Source of the DNA: Minisyncoccota bacterium
Lineage (GTDB): Bacteria; Patescibacteriota; Minisyncoccia; Phycocordibacterales; JAGLPS01
Direction: 5' to 3'
Length of the DNA stretch: 64,000 nucleotides
Assembly: GCA_023137185.1 (NCBI GenBank)
Contig: JAGLPS010000002.1
Location: 47,458-111,457 of the forward strand
The notes beneath the pieces were generated by a model. It was not told where the DNA came from and did no database searches. It saw only the letters and a program-made list of their open reading frames with translations. The position numbers and the translations under genes were made by a program. Shown here piece by piece: positions 47,350-60,298 of the stretch; positions within the stretch are counted from its first letter, which is position 1, and the number at the start of each line of letters is the position of its first letter.

Positions 47350-48156
47350 GTGAGCTATTTTTTTATTGTTTCTGTTTTTGTTCTAGGAACTATCATAGGA
47401 AGTTTCCTAAATGTGGTTATTCTCCGTTACGGAAAAAAAACTTTGCGAGGACGCTCTTTTTGTCCTTCTTGCAAAAAAATACTTACTCCCTGCGATTTAA
47501 TTCCTTTGTTTAGTTTTCTGTTTCTTAGAGGAAGATGCCGTTATTGCCGCGTCCCGATTTCATTCCAGTACTTTATTGTTGAGGTATTAAGCGGTCTTCT
47601 TTTTGTTCTTATCTTTCTCCGTTTTTCTTTTCCGGAAGATATTGTGTATATTGTCCTTTCCCTTGTGATTTGGAGTGTGCTTCTTGTTATTACAGTGTAC
47701 GATTTCTATCACAAAATTATTCCCGATGGCTTAGTATCACTATTTATACTTTTTTCATTTCTGACAATTTTTTTACGAGTGCCGATACTTCATTTTCTCA
47801 CATTTCCTTATGTTCTCGATGTTTTTGCCGGGTTGATTCTTTTTCTGCCTTTTTTTCTGCTTTGGCTTGTTTCAAACGGTAGGTGGATAGGTTTGGGAGA
47901 TGGTAAATTGGCAATCGGGATTGGTTTTTTGCTCGGTCTTAAACAGGGGGTAAGCGCAATTATTTTTGGTTTTTGGATTGGAGCGGTTGTGAGTCTTACT
48001 CTCATAGTTGTAGAGCGTTTATTAGAGAAACGCGCATTGTTGTTTTCCTCAAAAACACTTACAATGAAAAGCGAGATACCGTTCGCGCCCTTTTTGATTC
48101 TTGGTACCGCGATTGCATTTTTCTTGCGACTTTCGTTATTTTCGTTTACGTTATGA
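47350..48156 (+). CDS. pilD: Prepilin peptidase PilD (A24 family); start proposed at GTG 47350
   Basis: GSFLNVVILRY, CPSC...CRYC zinc motif, 6-8 TM. The track start 47311 lies inside the pilA terminator; an extended -10 TGTATAAT sits at 47334-47341. Confidence 0.8.
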   Translation: MSYFFIVSVFVLGTIIGSFLNVVILRYGKKTLRGRSFCPSCKKILTPCDLIPLFSFLFLRGRCRYCRVPISFQYFIVEVLSGLLFVLIFLRFSFPEDIVYIVLSLVIWSVLLVITVYDFYHKIIPDGLVSLFILFSFLTIFLRVPILHFLTFPYVLDVFAGLILFLPFFLLWLVSNGRWIGLGDGKLAIGIGFLLGLKQGVSAIIFGFWIGAVVSLTLIVVERLLEKRALLFSSKTLTMKSEIPFAPFLILGTAIAFFLRLSLFSFTL

Positions 48157-48875
48157 AACATTTCAATCACTTTCGCCGTGTTGCCGGCTTTACCCCGTTA
48201 GTAGAAGATGGTCTCGCGCCTAAAGCATTTCCACAGAAAACACCTTTTTCCATTTTTAATATGTTTATTTCAAAATTATCTTTAACCAACACAGGGCGCA
48301 AAAATGCTAGACCGTCTTTCACTACGGGGTTTACCCTTGTTGAGCTTCTCGTTGTGCTTGCGATTATAACTGTGTTATTGGCTGTTTTTATTTTCCGCTA
48401 TAAAGATTATACACAGATGGTGATTGTAAACCGTCTTGCAAACGAAGTCGCCCTTACTCTTCGAGAAGCCCAATTTTACGCGACAGGTGTTAAAGAATTT
48501 GAGCCGGGGAGTGATAATTTTTCTGGCTGGTATGATGTCAACTTTTATAGTGAAGGATATCTTTTTCGCGCTCTTGAGGAAGCGGATTTTTCATCAAACA
48601 GAGTAACCCTTGGCGCATATTTAATTGCCAATCCTGTGGACTTGTTGTTTTACGAATCAGTAGACGACACTGTTCCCGAAGATGTGGACGATGTTACTGT
48701 TATATTCAGAAAAGCAAATCTTTCATCGGTGATAAGAAAAACAGCGGGACCTGTTGATGGGTATCGGTTAGAAGTAGCAATCCATTCTCCTGATATGTCT
48801 GTTACACGGCGCGTGTGTGTTGAACAAACGGGACGAATCTTTATTTCCAAAGCCTCTTCCTGTATTAGCCCTTGA
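48153..48875 (+). CDS. Type IV pilin-like protein with the long conserved leader (third copy); start ATG overlaps the pilD stop (ATGA)
   Basis: MKHFNHFRRVAGFTPLVEDGLAPKAFPQKTPFSIFNMFISKLSLTNTGRKNARPSFTTG|FTLVELLVVLAII. Confidence 0.6.
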   Translation: MKHFNHFRRVAGFTPLVEDGLAPKAFPQKTPFSIFNMFISKLSLTNTGRKNARPSFTTGFTLVELLVVLAIITVLLAVFIFRYKDYTQMVIVNRLANEVALTLREAQFYATGVKEFEPGSDNFSGWYDVNFYSEGYLFRALEEADFSSNRVTLGAYLIANPVDLLFYESVDDTVPEDVDDVTVIFRKANLSSVIRKTAGPVDGYRLEVAIHSPDMSVTRRVCVEQTGRIFISKASSCISP

Positions 48876-48893
48876 TAAACACCATTTGATATA

Positions 48894-49502
48894 ATGAAAA
48901 CTGTGAACTCCAAAAAAATGAACAAAGGGTACAGTCTTATTGAGATGCTTATCTCGCTCGCTCTTTTTTCTATTGTCGTTATGATTGCTATTTCAGGGCT
49001 CGCGTTAATTACTGACGCCAACAGAAGAGCGGAAGCGACACGGCGTATTATTGATAACCTCGATTTTATTGTTGAAGATATGGTGAGAACGACGCGACAG
49101 GGAAATAGATATCATTGTGGAGATTTTTCTGATTATGACGCCGAAGTAACTACTGGACAAAGCGGTATTGGGAGCTCGCGCAATTGTGTCGATGGAGACT
49201 ATCTTGCGTTTGAAGCTTCAGGAGGTGATAACACCGACCCCTCAGATCAGGTGGTATATCGTTTTAATGGTGGGATTATTGAAAAAATAACCGATCCTAT
49301 AAACGGTTCGTTTGTTCAAGTTTCTGACCCTCAAATTGAAATCCAGAAGCTGAAATTTTATGTCACTGGTTCTCAGTCAAATGACAATACTCCAGCGCGG
49401 GTTCTTGTTATTCTTAAAGCGGTTACAGGGCGCGAAGGAACTTCAGATAGGACAGTTTTTAATCTTCAAACAACTATTACCCAACGAGGAACCGATTTAT
49501 AA
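48894..49502 (+). CDS. Minor pilin / pseudopilin
   Basis: MKTVNSKKMNKG|YSLIEMLISLALFSIVV. Confidence 0.7.
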   Translation: MKTVNSKKMNKGYSLIEMLISLALFSIVVMIAISGLALITDANRRAEATRRIIDNLDFIVEDMVRTTRQGNRYHCGDFSDYDAEVTTGQSGIGSSRNCVDGDYLAFEASGGDNTDPSDQVVYRFNGGIIEKITDPINGSFVQVSDPQIEIQKLKFYVTGSQSNDNTPARVLVILKAVTGREGTSDRTVFNLQTTITQRGTDL

Positions 49503-49514
49503 TTTTAGAAATTT

Positions 49515-50065
49515 ATGTCAACAGCACGCAAAAAAGGATTTACATTAGTAGAGACGCTTGTCGCTTTGGCAATTGTGGTTGGCGCTATAATTGGTCCGAT
49601 GGTGATTGCGTCGCAAGGGATAAGTTTTATGACATACGCGCGTGACCAAGTCATTGCGGCTTACTTGGCGCAAGACGCGGTGGAGTTTGTAATCGCAAAG
49701 AAAAAACAGAGCACGCTCAATGTGGTGTATGAAGTGCCTGGGGCGACAAATTGGCTTAATGGACTTGAGGCGTGCGATGAACTCGAAGGATGCATTGTTG
49801 ATACCACGGTAACTGACCTCAGTTCTTACACCGCTCCCGTTTGTCCTTTTGTAGATGGCTGTTCTCCTCTTACATTTAATACAGAGACCGGAGTATATAA
49901 TTATACAACTGGTGAGAATTGGATTAATAGTCGCTATACGCGTACAGTGCATATTATTCCACTTACAAATCCTAGTGAGGCAGTGTTGACGGTTACTATT
50001 ACGTGGAAACACAACTTGATAACAAAAAGTTTCACTTTGAAAACTAATATTTTTGAAACTGTCCT

Positions 50066-50069
<4 letters not shown>
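49515..50069 (+). CDS. Minor pilin / pseudopilin
   Basis: MSTARKKG|FTLVETLVALAIVV. Confidence 0.7.
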
Positions 50070-53969
<3,900 letters not shown>

Positions 53970-54045
53970 TTGATTTAAAATCTCTTTTCGTATATTCTCC
54001 TTTTAAACGTACCTTTAAACCTTATTTTGCGCTGAGGAGGAGAAA

Positions 54046-54747
54046 ATGAAAGTAGAAATTGGATTGTGGGGGAAAATGGTTTATACTGTTTCCAGTTTTT
54101 TGATACTTGCGTTGGCGCGCCTGCTGTTTAGGCTCAAAATCGTAGGAATTGAAAATATTCCTAGAAAAGGCGCGGTGATTATCGCTCCAAACCATATAAG
54201 CTACTTTGACCCGTCACTTGTCTTTGTCAGCTTAGGAATTCCTCAAAGGATACACTGTATGGCAAACAAAAAACTGTTTCGATATTGGTTTCTAAGATGG
54301 TTTATGGAAACTGTAGGGACCATTCCCGTAAATCAGAGGTACAGCCGAAAAAGTCTTGCCGATGTTCTTAGAATGCTTCACCACGGGCATTGCGTCATCA
54401 TTTTTCCTGAAGGAAAAAGAAGCAAAGACGGAAGGCTTATACAGGGGAGACCCGGCGCTGTCCACGCGGCAATCCGCGCCGATTCTGTTATTGTTCCCGC
54501 GGCTGTTGTTGGAAGCGATAAAGTTCTTCCATACGATGCGAAATTCATCAAAAGCCTTTCTCAAATTGAAATTCATTTCGGGAAACCATACAGAATTTAT
54601 TATCCTGGCAACAAAAATAAAATACCGAGTACTATTCTTACGGAAGAAACTTCAATTCTTATGAAAAAAATAGAAGAACTTCTTCCCGAAAACATGCGGT
54701 CGACATCAGAACAAAAACAGGAGTGGTATGGTCTGCGCGCGCATTAG
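54046..54747 (+). CDS. plsC: 1-acyl-sn-glycerol-3-phosphate acyltransferase family protein
   Basis: HX4D motif NHISYFD and FPEGKRS. Confidence 0.8.
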   Translation: MKVEIGLWGKMVYTVSSFLILALARLLFRLKIVGIENIPRKGAVIIAPNHISYFDPSLVFVSLGIPQRIHCMANKKLFRYWFLRWFMETVGTIPVNQRYSRKSLADVLRMLHHGHCVIIFPEGKRSKDGRLIQGRPGAVHAAIRADSVIVPAAVVGSDKVLPYDAKFIKSLSQIEIHFGKPYRIYYPGNKNKIPSTILTEETSILMKKIEELLPENMRSTSEQKQEWYGLRAH

Positions 54748-54955
54748 TAGAATGACCATATTTTGTTGCTGAAATTTTCTTCTTATGTTATCTTTTTAAT
54801 AAAGTTCTTTGTTTTTGAAGAAAGGAGGACAACGTAATGATGATAAGACTTGGTACTGCAGGCGGATTGTCTAAGTAGCCGGGATCGTCCGCGCACTCTT
54901 TCACTTCTTTTGACCAAACGATTTGGTCAAGCGCGAAAAAGCGCAAAAAGGTTTG

Positions 54956-54990
54956 TAGCCCGTTTTCTTGATAGAAACGGGCTATTTTTT
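54956..54990 (+). terminator. Terminator hairpin AGCCCGTTTTCTTGATAGAAACGGGCT + TTTTTT after plsC
   Basis: 10-bp stem plus T-run. Confidence 0.55.
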
Positions 54991-54999
54991 AACAAGCGA

Positions 55000-55260
55000 G
55001 CCTGCCTACCGTAGGCAGGTCGAAGTCAAACTATAGGTCAATACCGCCCCGCCTACGGCGGGGCAAATGAACGAGCAGAGCGAGTACCAGCATTACTCTG
55101 CGGTCTTTGCCGCAGGGTGTATATTTCCTATCGAGGCACTACTATCGAGGTTCAACCTCGATAGTAGTGCCTCGATAGTTAGTTATGTATGCTAAAATTT
55201 TTCTAATAAGGTTTACCCAGCACTACTTTTTTTCAGGAAAAAAGTAGTGCTGGGTTTACA
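55000..55260. repeat. Cluster of four long perfect palindromes (REP-like)
   Basis: GCCTGCCTACCGTAGGCAGG (55000-55021), GCCCCGCCTACGGCGGGGC (55044-55064), CTATCGAGGCACTACTATCGAGG-TTCAA-CCTCGATAGTAGTGCCTCGATAG (55129-55179, 23-bp stem) and CCCAGCACTACTTTTTT-N-AAAAAAGTAGTGCTGGG (55211-55260). Confidence 0.7.
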
Positions 55261-55290
55261 GAGCCTCTCTTTATTCGTACACTTAATTCT

Positions 55291-55575
55291 ATGATTACCC
55301 GTACAGACATCGAGAAACTCGCTTCTCTCGCCCGTATCAGACTTTCTGAAAAAGAAAAAAGCCTCTTTCCAGAAGAAATAAACTCTGTTCTTGGCTATGT
55401 TGAGCAAATTAAAAACGCGGATGCTAGTAACGCGAAGGCTCTCCAAAAGGAGACGGTTTATAATGTGATGCGGGAAGATATAAACCCTGATGAAAGCGGT
55501 GTGCATACGAAAGATATCGTAGACGAATTTCCGAAGAAAGAAGGTAATTACCTAAAGGTAAAAAATATTCTCTGA
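55291..55575 (+). CDS. gatC: Asp/Glu-tRNA(Asn/Gln) amidotransferase subunit C
   Basis: MITRTDIEKLASLARIRLSEKEKSLF...VLGYVEQI. Confidence 0.85.
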   Translation: MITRTDIEKLASLARIRLSEKEKSLFPEEINSVLGYVEQIKNADASNAKALQKETVYNVMREDINPDESGVHTKDIVDEFPKKEGNYLKVKNIL

Positions 55576-55579
55576 CTTA

Positions 55580-55720
55580 TCCCGTTAGAAGCCTGCCTAC
55601 CGCAGGCAGGTCATAACGTTATGAACTTAAAACACGCATTACAATATCACTTTATGAGTCGACTACTTAACAATTTTAATAACAATGACGGAAACCTCTG
55701 GGTTTCTTACTTCTAATGGG
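55580..55720 (+). promoter_or_regulatory. Conserved promoter + leader module (copy 3), ending exactly at the gatA ATG
   Basis: CCCGTTAGAAGCCTGCCTACCGCAGGCAGGTCATAACGTTATGAACTT..TTACAAT..ATGAGTCGA..GGAAACCTCTGGGTTTC..TTCTAATGGG-ATG. Confidence 0.55.
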
Positions 55721-57145
55721 ATGGCAATTGATCTGACAGATTTAACAATTGATAAAGCTCACAAGCATTTAAAAAGTAGGGATTTTTCTGCTATGGAACT
55801 TGCTGATGCGTATCTTGAAGTTATAGAAAAAAAGAATCCTGAAATCAATGCGTATCTTGAAATTTATGATGATGTAAAAAAGCAGGCGCAACAAGCGCAA
55901 GAAATATTTGAATCAAAGGAAGAAAATATCGTAACAGGTATCCCTCTTGCGATAAAAGACAACATTCTCATAAAGGGAAAGCAGGCGAGTGCGGCATCAA
56001 AAATTCTTGAAGGATATACTGCCACTTACACGGCAACAGCTGCTCATAAACTCATTGAAAAGGGGGCAGTATTTTTAGGACGCGCTAATATGGACGAATT
56101 TGCTATGGGTAGTTCCACTGAAACTTCCGCTTTTGGTGTAACAAAGAATCCGCGAGATTTGAGTAGGGTTCCGGGTGGCTCGTCTGGAGGTTCTGCTGCG
56201 GCAGTCGCAATGGGAGGCGCGCTCGCGGCGCTTGGTTCTGACACAGGAGGGTCTATAAGGCAGCCTGCAAGTTTCTGCGGGTGTATCGGACTTAAACCAA
56301 CCTATGGCACAGTGTCTCGTTACGGTCTTATGGCTATGGGTTCGTCTTTAGATGTTATTGGTCCGATTACAAAAACAGTTGCCGACGCGGAGATTATTTT
56401 TAAAGCAATTTGTGGAAAAGACAAATATGACAGCACATCGATTTCTGGAAGTATAAATGCTGTTTCTCCTAAAAAAGAATATATTATCGGAATTCCGCGC
56501 GAAATTCTAGAGATAGAGGGAATTGACAAAGATGTTAAAGAGAATTTTGAGGCATCAATAAAAAAATTTGAATCTCTTGGATTTAAAACTAAAGAAATAT
56601 CTCTCTCTAACATTGCGTACGCCCTTGCTTCATATTATATTTTGATGCCGGCTGAAGTATCTTCGAATCTTGCTCGTTTTGATGGAGTGAAATATGGACT
56701 TCACAAAAAAGGAGCGAATCTTTTGGAAGATTATCTCAACACACGAGGCGAAGGATTTGGTGTAGAAGCTCGTCGTCGCATTCTTCTTGGAACCTACGTG
56801 CTTTCAGCGGGATATTACGATGCGTATTATAATAAAGCTAATGATGTCCGCCGATTGATTGCCGATGACTTTGAAAATGTGTTCAAAAACGTTGACATTA
56901 TTATTACTCCCACGACCCCAACTCCCGCGTTTAAAATAGGGGAAAAAGTGAATGACCCTCTTTCTATGTATCTTGCCGATATATTTACGGTAACAGCAAA
57001 TATTGTCGGAATTCCCGCTCTCTCAATTCCGTCTGGCGCCGTTATTCGTGAGGAGAAAGAGCTTCCACTTGGTCTCCAATTGATGGCGCCACATAGAGGG
57101 GAACATTCACTTTTTATGGTAGGGAGTCAGTTTTTAGGAGAGTAA
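55721..57145 (+). CDS. gatA: Glutamyl-tRNA(Gln) amidotransferase subunit A; true start at the ATG 55721 (MAIDLTDL), not the track start 55685
   Basis: Amidase signature GGSSGGSAAAVA, Ser-cisSer-Lys triad. Confidence 0.9.
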   Translation: MAIDLTDLTIDKAHKHLKSRDFSAMELADAYLEVIEKKNPEINAYLEIYDDVKKQAQQAQEIFESKEENIVTGIPLAIKDNILIKGKQASAASKILEGYTATYTATAAHKLIEKGAVFLGRANMDEFAMGSSTETSAFGVTKNPRDLSRVPGGSSGGSAAAVAMGGALAALGSDTGGSIRQPASFCGCIGLKPTYGTVSRYGLMAMGSSLDVIGPITKTVADAEIIFKAICGKDKYDSTSISGSINAVSPKKEYIIGIPREILEIEGIDKDVKENFEASIKKFESLGFKTKEISLSNIAYALASYYILMPAEVSSNLARFDGVKYGLHKKGANLLEDYLNTRGEGFGVEARRRILLGTYVLSAGYYDAYYNKANDVRRLIADDFENVFKNVDIIITPTTPTPAFKIGEKVNDPLSMYLADIFTVTANIVGIPALSIPSGAVIREEKELPLGLQLMAPHRGEHSLFMVGSQFLGE

Positions 57146-57149
57146 AAAT

Positions 57150-57815
57150 ATGGCAGAAGAAAAAAAACCAACAATTGCAAAGGATCCGGTCGTAAGCGCG
57201 ATTGACGTCGGAGCGGGGCTTCTTTTGGTTATTGTTTTGGCTGACGCGCTTCGCAGAATTTTAAAAAGTATTATATCTAAAGTTAACCCTAATTTTCTCA
57301 GTCGCACCTACTGGGTAGAAATGTTTATTGATATGTCTCCTGTCTTAAAAATTGTTTCTGTAACTCTTTCAGTTATCTTTCTTGTTGGAATATTTTATTT
57401 GACAAGAAAGATAAATATGATTAGAGCGGAAGAAATAGCGCTTCTATATCCGAAAGGCAGGGGAGAGTCTGCTGCTACAGACACAGAGTCTCAAAAAGTG
57501 GAAAATAAGAAATGGGAAAAAGTGCTTGCGCGCGTGGAATCTAGCAATCCAAGCGATTGGAAAGTCGCTATTTTGGAAGCAGACATTATGCTTGAAGAAA
57601 TTCTTGAAAAAATGGGTTATCACGGGGATACAATGAGCGATAGACTCAAGCAGGTTGAAAAGAGCGACTTTACGACTATTGATCTGGCGTGGGAAGCGCA
57701 TAAAATAAGAAACGCGATTGCTCATGAGGGGGGAGATTTTCTTTTAAACGAGAGAGAGACACGCAGGGTTATTGACCTATATCGACAAGTATTTGAAGAA
57801 TTTTACTATATCTAG
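57150..57815 (+). CDS. Membrane-anchored protein with a C-terminal HEPN-like domain (Rx4H motif)
   Basis: Two N-terminal TM helices; C-terminal ...IDLAWEAHKIRNAIAHEG carries R-X4-H, as in HEPN/DUF4145-type nuclease folds. Confidence 0.4.
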   Translation: MAEEKKPTIAKDPVVSAIDVGAGLLLVIVLADALRRILKSIISKVNPNFLSRTYWVEMFIDMSPVLKIVSVTLSVIFLVGIFYLTRKINMIRAEEIALLYPKGRGESAATDTESQKVENKKWEKVLARVESSNPSDWKVAILEADIMLEEILEKMGYHGDTMSDRLKQVEKSDFTTIDLAWEAHKIRNAIAHEGGDFLLNERETRRVIDLYRQVFEEFYYI

Positions 57816-57922
57816 CGCTATTCTCGCGTCTTGTTTGACTCTTATATGAAATTCTGGTATTCTAAATATCAGAAAAGTTAAACCCGTTCCGTATAACGCG
57901 GACAAAGTAAAGGAGGGGAAGT

Positions 57923-58252
57923 GTGAAAAATAGGCCTTATTCCGGACAGTATCCAAAATCAAAGACAATGAAAGGTGATTGCGACGGGCATCTGATAATT
58001 GACCTTTGCGGCCGCAAGGAGAACGTTTTCTCTCGGCAGGCTGCCGAAGAGATTGTTGCGCAAGCGTTTTTTGACGCGAAAATCACAGGCCATGATTTCC
58101 ATCGTTTAATTAAGGAAATTGAAAAAACTCCCTATCTGAAAGGTTCAAGAAGACTCCATCTTTTGGATATTGTGATGGACCTTTCCCGACTAAAACCACA
58201 ACTGCGCAGTGTGCAGAAATTGGTGGTCCAAGAAGAAATGGTAATAGCATAA
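57923..58252 (+). CDS. Hypothetical protein
   Basis: ORF only; no motif recognised. Confidence 0.3.
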   Translation: MKNRPYSGQYPKSKTMKGDCDGHLIIDLCGRKENVFSRQAAEEIVAQAFFDAKITGHDFHRLIKEIEKTPYLKGSRRLHLLDIVMDLSRLKPQLRSVQKLVVQEEMVIA

Positions 58253-58388
58253 ACTCTCCTCACAAAAATCTTAGCCCCCTATTTTTATAGGGGGCTTTTT
58301 GACTTTGTTGACAAATTTTTTAAAAAAAGATATATAAGTTTAAGAAGCACGTTTGTTAATAATAATATCTTAAAGAAAGGAGGTAATA

Positions 58389-58703
58389 ATGACTGGGTCT
58401 ATTGTTAAATTTGCTCCATACTTTCTTTCCTGCAAGAAAAACAAAAGATTTGGTTTCCTTGTTTTTTCTCCTATTGAAAAGGTCCCAGTTTTTTCAAAGG
58501 AAACAGCTCGTATGTTTATAAACCGCGCTATAAAAGAGGGGATTATCAGAAAGGAAGAAAGTTTGGAACTTCTGCGTCAAATTGAAAATTCAAAAATGGC
58601 AGAAGAAATAAATGTAGAAAGCTGTCTTGCTGTTCTTGGTAGGTTAGAAGAAGTGTGCGAGAAAGATTTCTCAAGCTCTCTCTACATACCCTCTTTAAAT
58701 TAA
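58389..58703 (+). CDS. Hypothetical protein
   Basis: ORF only; RBS AAGGAGG 8 nt upstream. Confidence 0.35.
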   Translation: MTGSIVKFAPYFLSCKKNKRFGFLVFSPIEKVPVFSKETARMFINRAIKEGIIRKEESLELLRQIENSKMAEEINVESCLAVLGRLEEVCEKDFSSSLYIPSLN

Positions 58704-58904
58704 AGCAAAGCCCGACTTTTTTGTCGGGCTTTTTACTATGCGCGAGCGACGTGGCTTGGTTAAAAATGCTATATGATTAACTGTACACAGCCTTGCTTTA
58801 TACGCGCTGATGTATAATAATGTTTCGCATCGCTTATATTTGGTGAGAAAGTGTAGACTTTTCCATAAAACGTTAAAAGTGCTTTATGGAGATAAGATTG
58901 TATT

Positions 58905-58978
58905 GCGGGAGTAGCTCAACTGGTTAGAGCATCCGCCTGTCACGCGGAAGGTTGCGGGTTCGAGTCCCGTCTCTCGCG
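58905..58978 (+). tRNA. tRNA-Asp, anticodon GUC
   Basis: GCGGGAG-TA-GCTC..GAGC-ATCCGC-CTGTCAC-GCGGA..GCGGG-TTCGAGT-CCCGT-CTCTCGC-G; anticodon loop CUGUCAC. Confidence 0.9.
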
Positions 58979-58985
58979 CAAACGC

Positions 58986-59020
58986 TAAAACAGGATACCT
59001 TTTTGGTATCCTGTTTGCGT
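58986..59020 (+). terminator. Hairpin AAACAGGATACC-TTTTT-GGTATCCTGTTT after tRNA-Asp
   Basis: 12-bp perfect stem. Confidence 0.6.
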
Positions 59021-59149
59021 TATTTGGCGAGAGAAGAAACTAAACTGCTTTAGTTTCGTCGGGACTTGAAAAGCATTTTGATGTTTTGTCAGTAGACAAA
59101 ACCAAAATGCTGGGGTCGCGGAGTGAGCGTGCGACGGCACGCGAGCGAG

Positions 59150-59174
59150 GTGACCGAGTCCCGTCTCTCGCGCA
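59150..59174 (+). repeat. Direct repeat of the tRNA-Asp 3' end (copy 2), att-like
   Basis: GTGACCGAGTCCCGTCTCTCGCGCA; the last 19 nt are identical to tRNA-Asp 58960-58978. Confidence 0.7.
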
Positions 59175-59346
59175 AAAGTAAAAATGCTTAGATTTTCTAA
59201 TCTAGGCATTTTTACTTTCTAGTGTGATTTGTGGCGGGACTCGAACGACGGAGATGCCATTTCAGAAAGGTTTGGGAAATCTTTCTGAAATGAATCCTGC
59301 GTCGAGTCGGGGTCGGCAGTACTTTTCGCGAAGCGAATTAGTAACT

Positions 59347-59371
59347 GTGACCGAGTCCCGTCTCTCGCGCA
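59347..59371 (+). repeat. Direct repeat of the tRNA-Asp 3' end (copy 3), att-like
   Basis: GTGACCGAGTCCCGTCTCTCGCGCA, identical to copy 2; spacing of 194 and 197 bp between the three copies. Confidence 0.7.
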
Positions 59372-59523
59372 TACGATTTTATACTAAAAAATCTCTCAAT
59401 GGGAGGGGTTTTCTATCTCTAACCGAGAGGAAACTTTTATTGACATATTTATACAAATATGTTATTATTAATACTAGAATGCTTTGGTATTTTGAAAAAC
59501 CCTTCAAAAAAAAGGAGTTGAAA

Positions 59524-59919
59524 ATGACTGAATCTAGACAAGCAGATGCAGAAAAAATCAAAAAAGATTTTGAGGAAATAGCAGTTGGTTTGGAAAAGAT
59601 ATTTTTATCTGATTATGAATCCTGTGCAAGAGTTATCACAAAGGTAAGAGAGCTTCTTATAAATGAACCACACTGCTTTGAAAGAAGAATTGAGCAGCAC
59701 CAATCATTTGCTGATTTAAACAAAAAAACGTGGAAAATGATGATTGAGCGTCTCCCCGAAGAGCAGCGTTTAGCGTTTGAATGCGCGCTAGAAGAAGATT
59801 TAAGAGAACTCTTCTACATTCACTATATCGCTGTATATCTAGAAACAGACGAAGGGAAAAAACCACTGGAGACAGATTCAGCAATAGGAAAGGAGGAATT
59901 AAATGGAAAAATACAGTGA
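59524..59919 (+). CDS. Hypothetical protein (first gene of a two-gene cassette)
   Basis: RBS AAAAAAGGAG before the ATG at 59524; the track ORF 59224 extends spuriously upstream across att-like repeat copy 3. Confidence 0.45.
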   Translation: MTESRQADAEKIKKDFEEIAVGLEKIFLSDYESCARVITKVRELLINEPHCFERRIEQHQSFADLNKKTWKMMIERLPEEQRLAFECALEEDLRELFYIHYIAVYLETDEGKKPLETDSAIGKEELNGKIQ

Positions 59920-60256
59920 CCCACTTAAAAGAGTTAAGCCACCCTTTATTATCATGCAAAGAGACATTAATAATGTTTCTGAAGACTGGAAAACGCATAT
60001 CGAGAAAGTAAGGGTTATTGATGCCCAAGCCATCTATCCTGACGATGAAACAGGATTACCTATTTCTGGTGAGGACTATGTGGAGAAATTACTGGAAAAT
60101 GGGGAAGGTTGGCATCTTGAAGGCATATTTCTTGTAAATAAAATAACGAATGGCGTACAGGAACAAGTGGTTCAAATGGTCTTAGTACGTAACGGGCTCC
60201 TAAATAAGAAGGTACAAGAAGCTTTTTGTAAAATAGCGAAGATTGAAGGTAAATAG
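59903..60256 (+). CDS. Hypothetical protein (second cassette gene; overlaps the previous gene by 17 nt)
   Basis: RBS GGAAAGGAGG upstream; translationally coupled; followed by a terminator. Confidence 0.45.
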   Translation: MEKYSDPLKRVKPPFIIMQRDINNVSEDWKTHIEKVRVIDAQAIYPDDETGLPISGEDYVEKLLENGEGWHLEGIFLVNKITNGVQEQVVQMVLVRNGLLNKKVQEAFCKIAKIEGK

Positions 60257-60265
60257 AAAACCGAC

Positions 60266-60298
60266 AAAGCCCAAGCGGAGATATCGCTTGGGCTTTTT
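60266..60298 (+). terminator. Rho-independent terminator AAAGCCCAAGCG-N7-CGCTTGGGCTTTTT
   Basis: 12-bp stem plus U-tract. Confidence 0.7.

Noticed and set aside
55685-55720. Track start of gatA at 55685 (MTETSGFLTSNG)
   Set aside because: These 12 codons are the 3' end of the conserved leader module, which is ~90% identical to the non-coding copy upstream of rpmI. The ATG at 55721 follows the same YTTCTAAYGGG context as rplB and rpmI.
59224-59523. N-terminal 100 codons of the track ORF 59224-59919
   Set aside because: This part spans att-like repeat copy 3 and intergenic hairpins. A strong RBS and ATG occur at 59524, so the upstream extension is taken as spurious.
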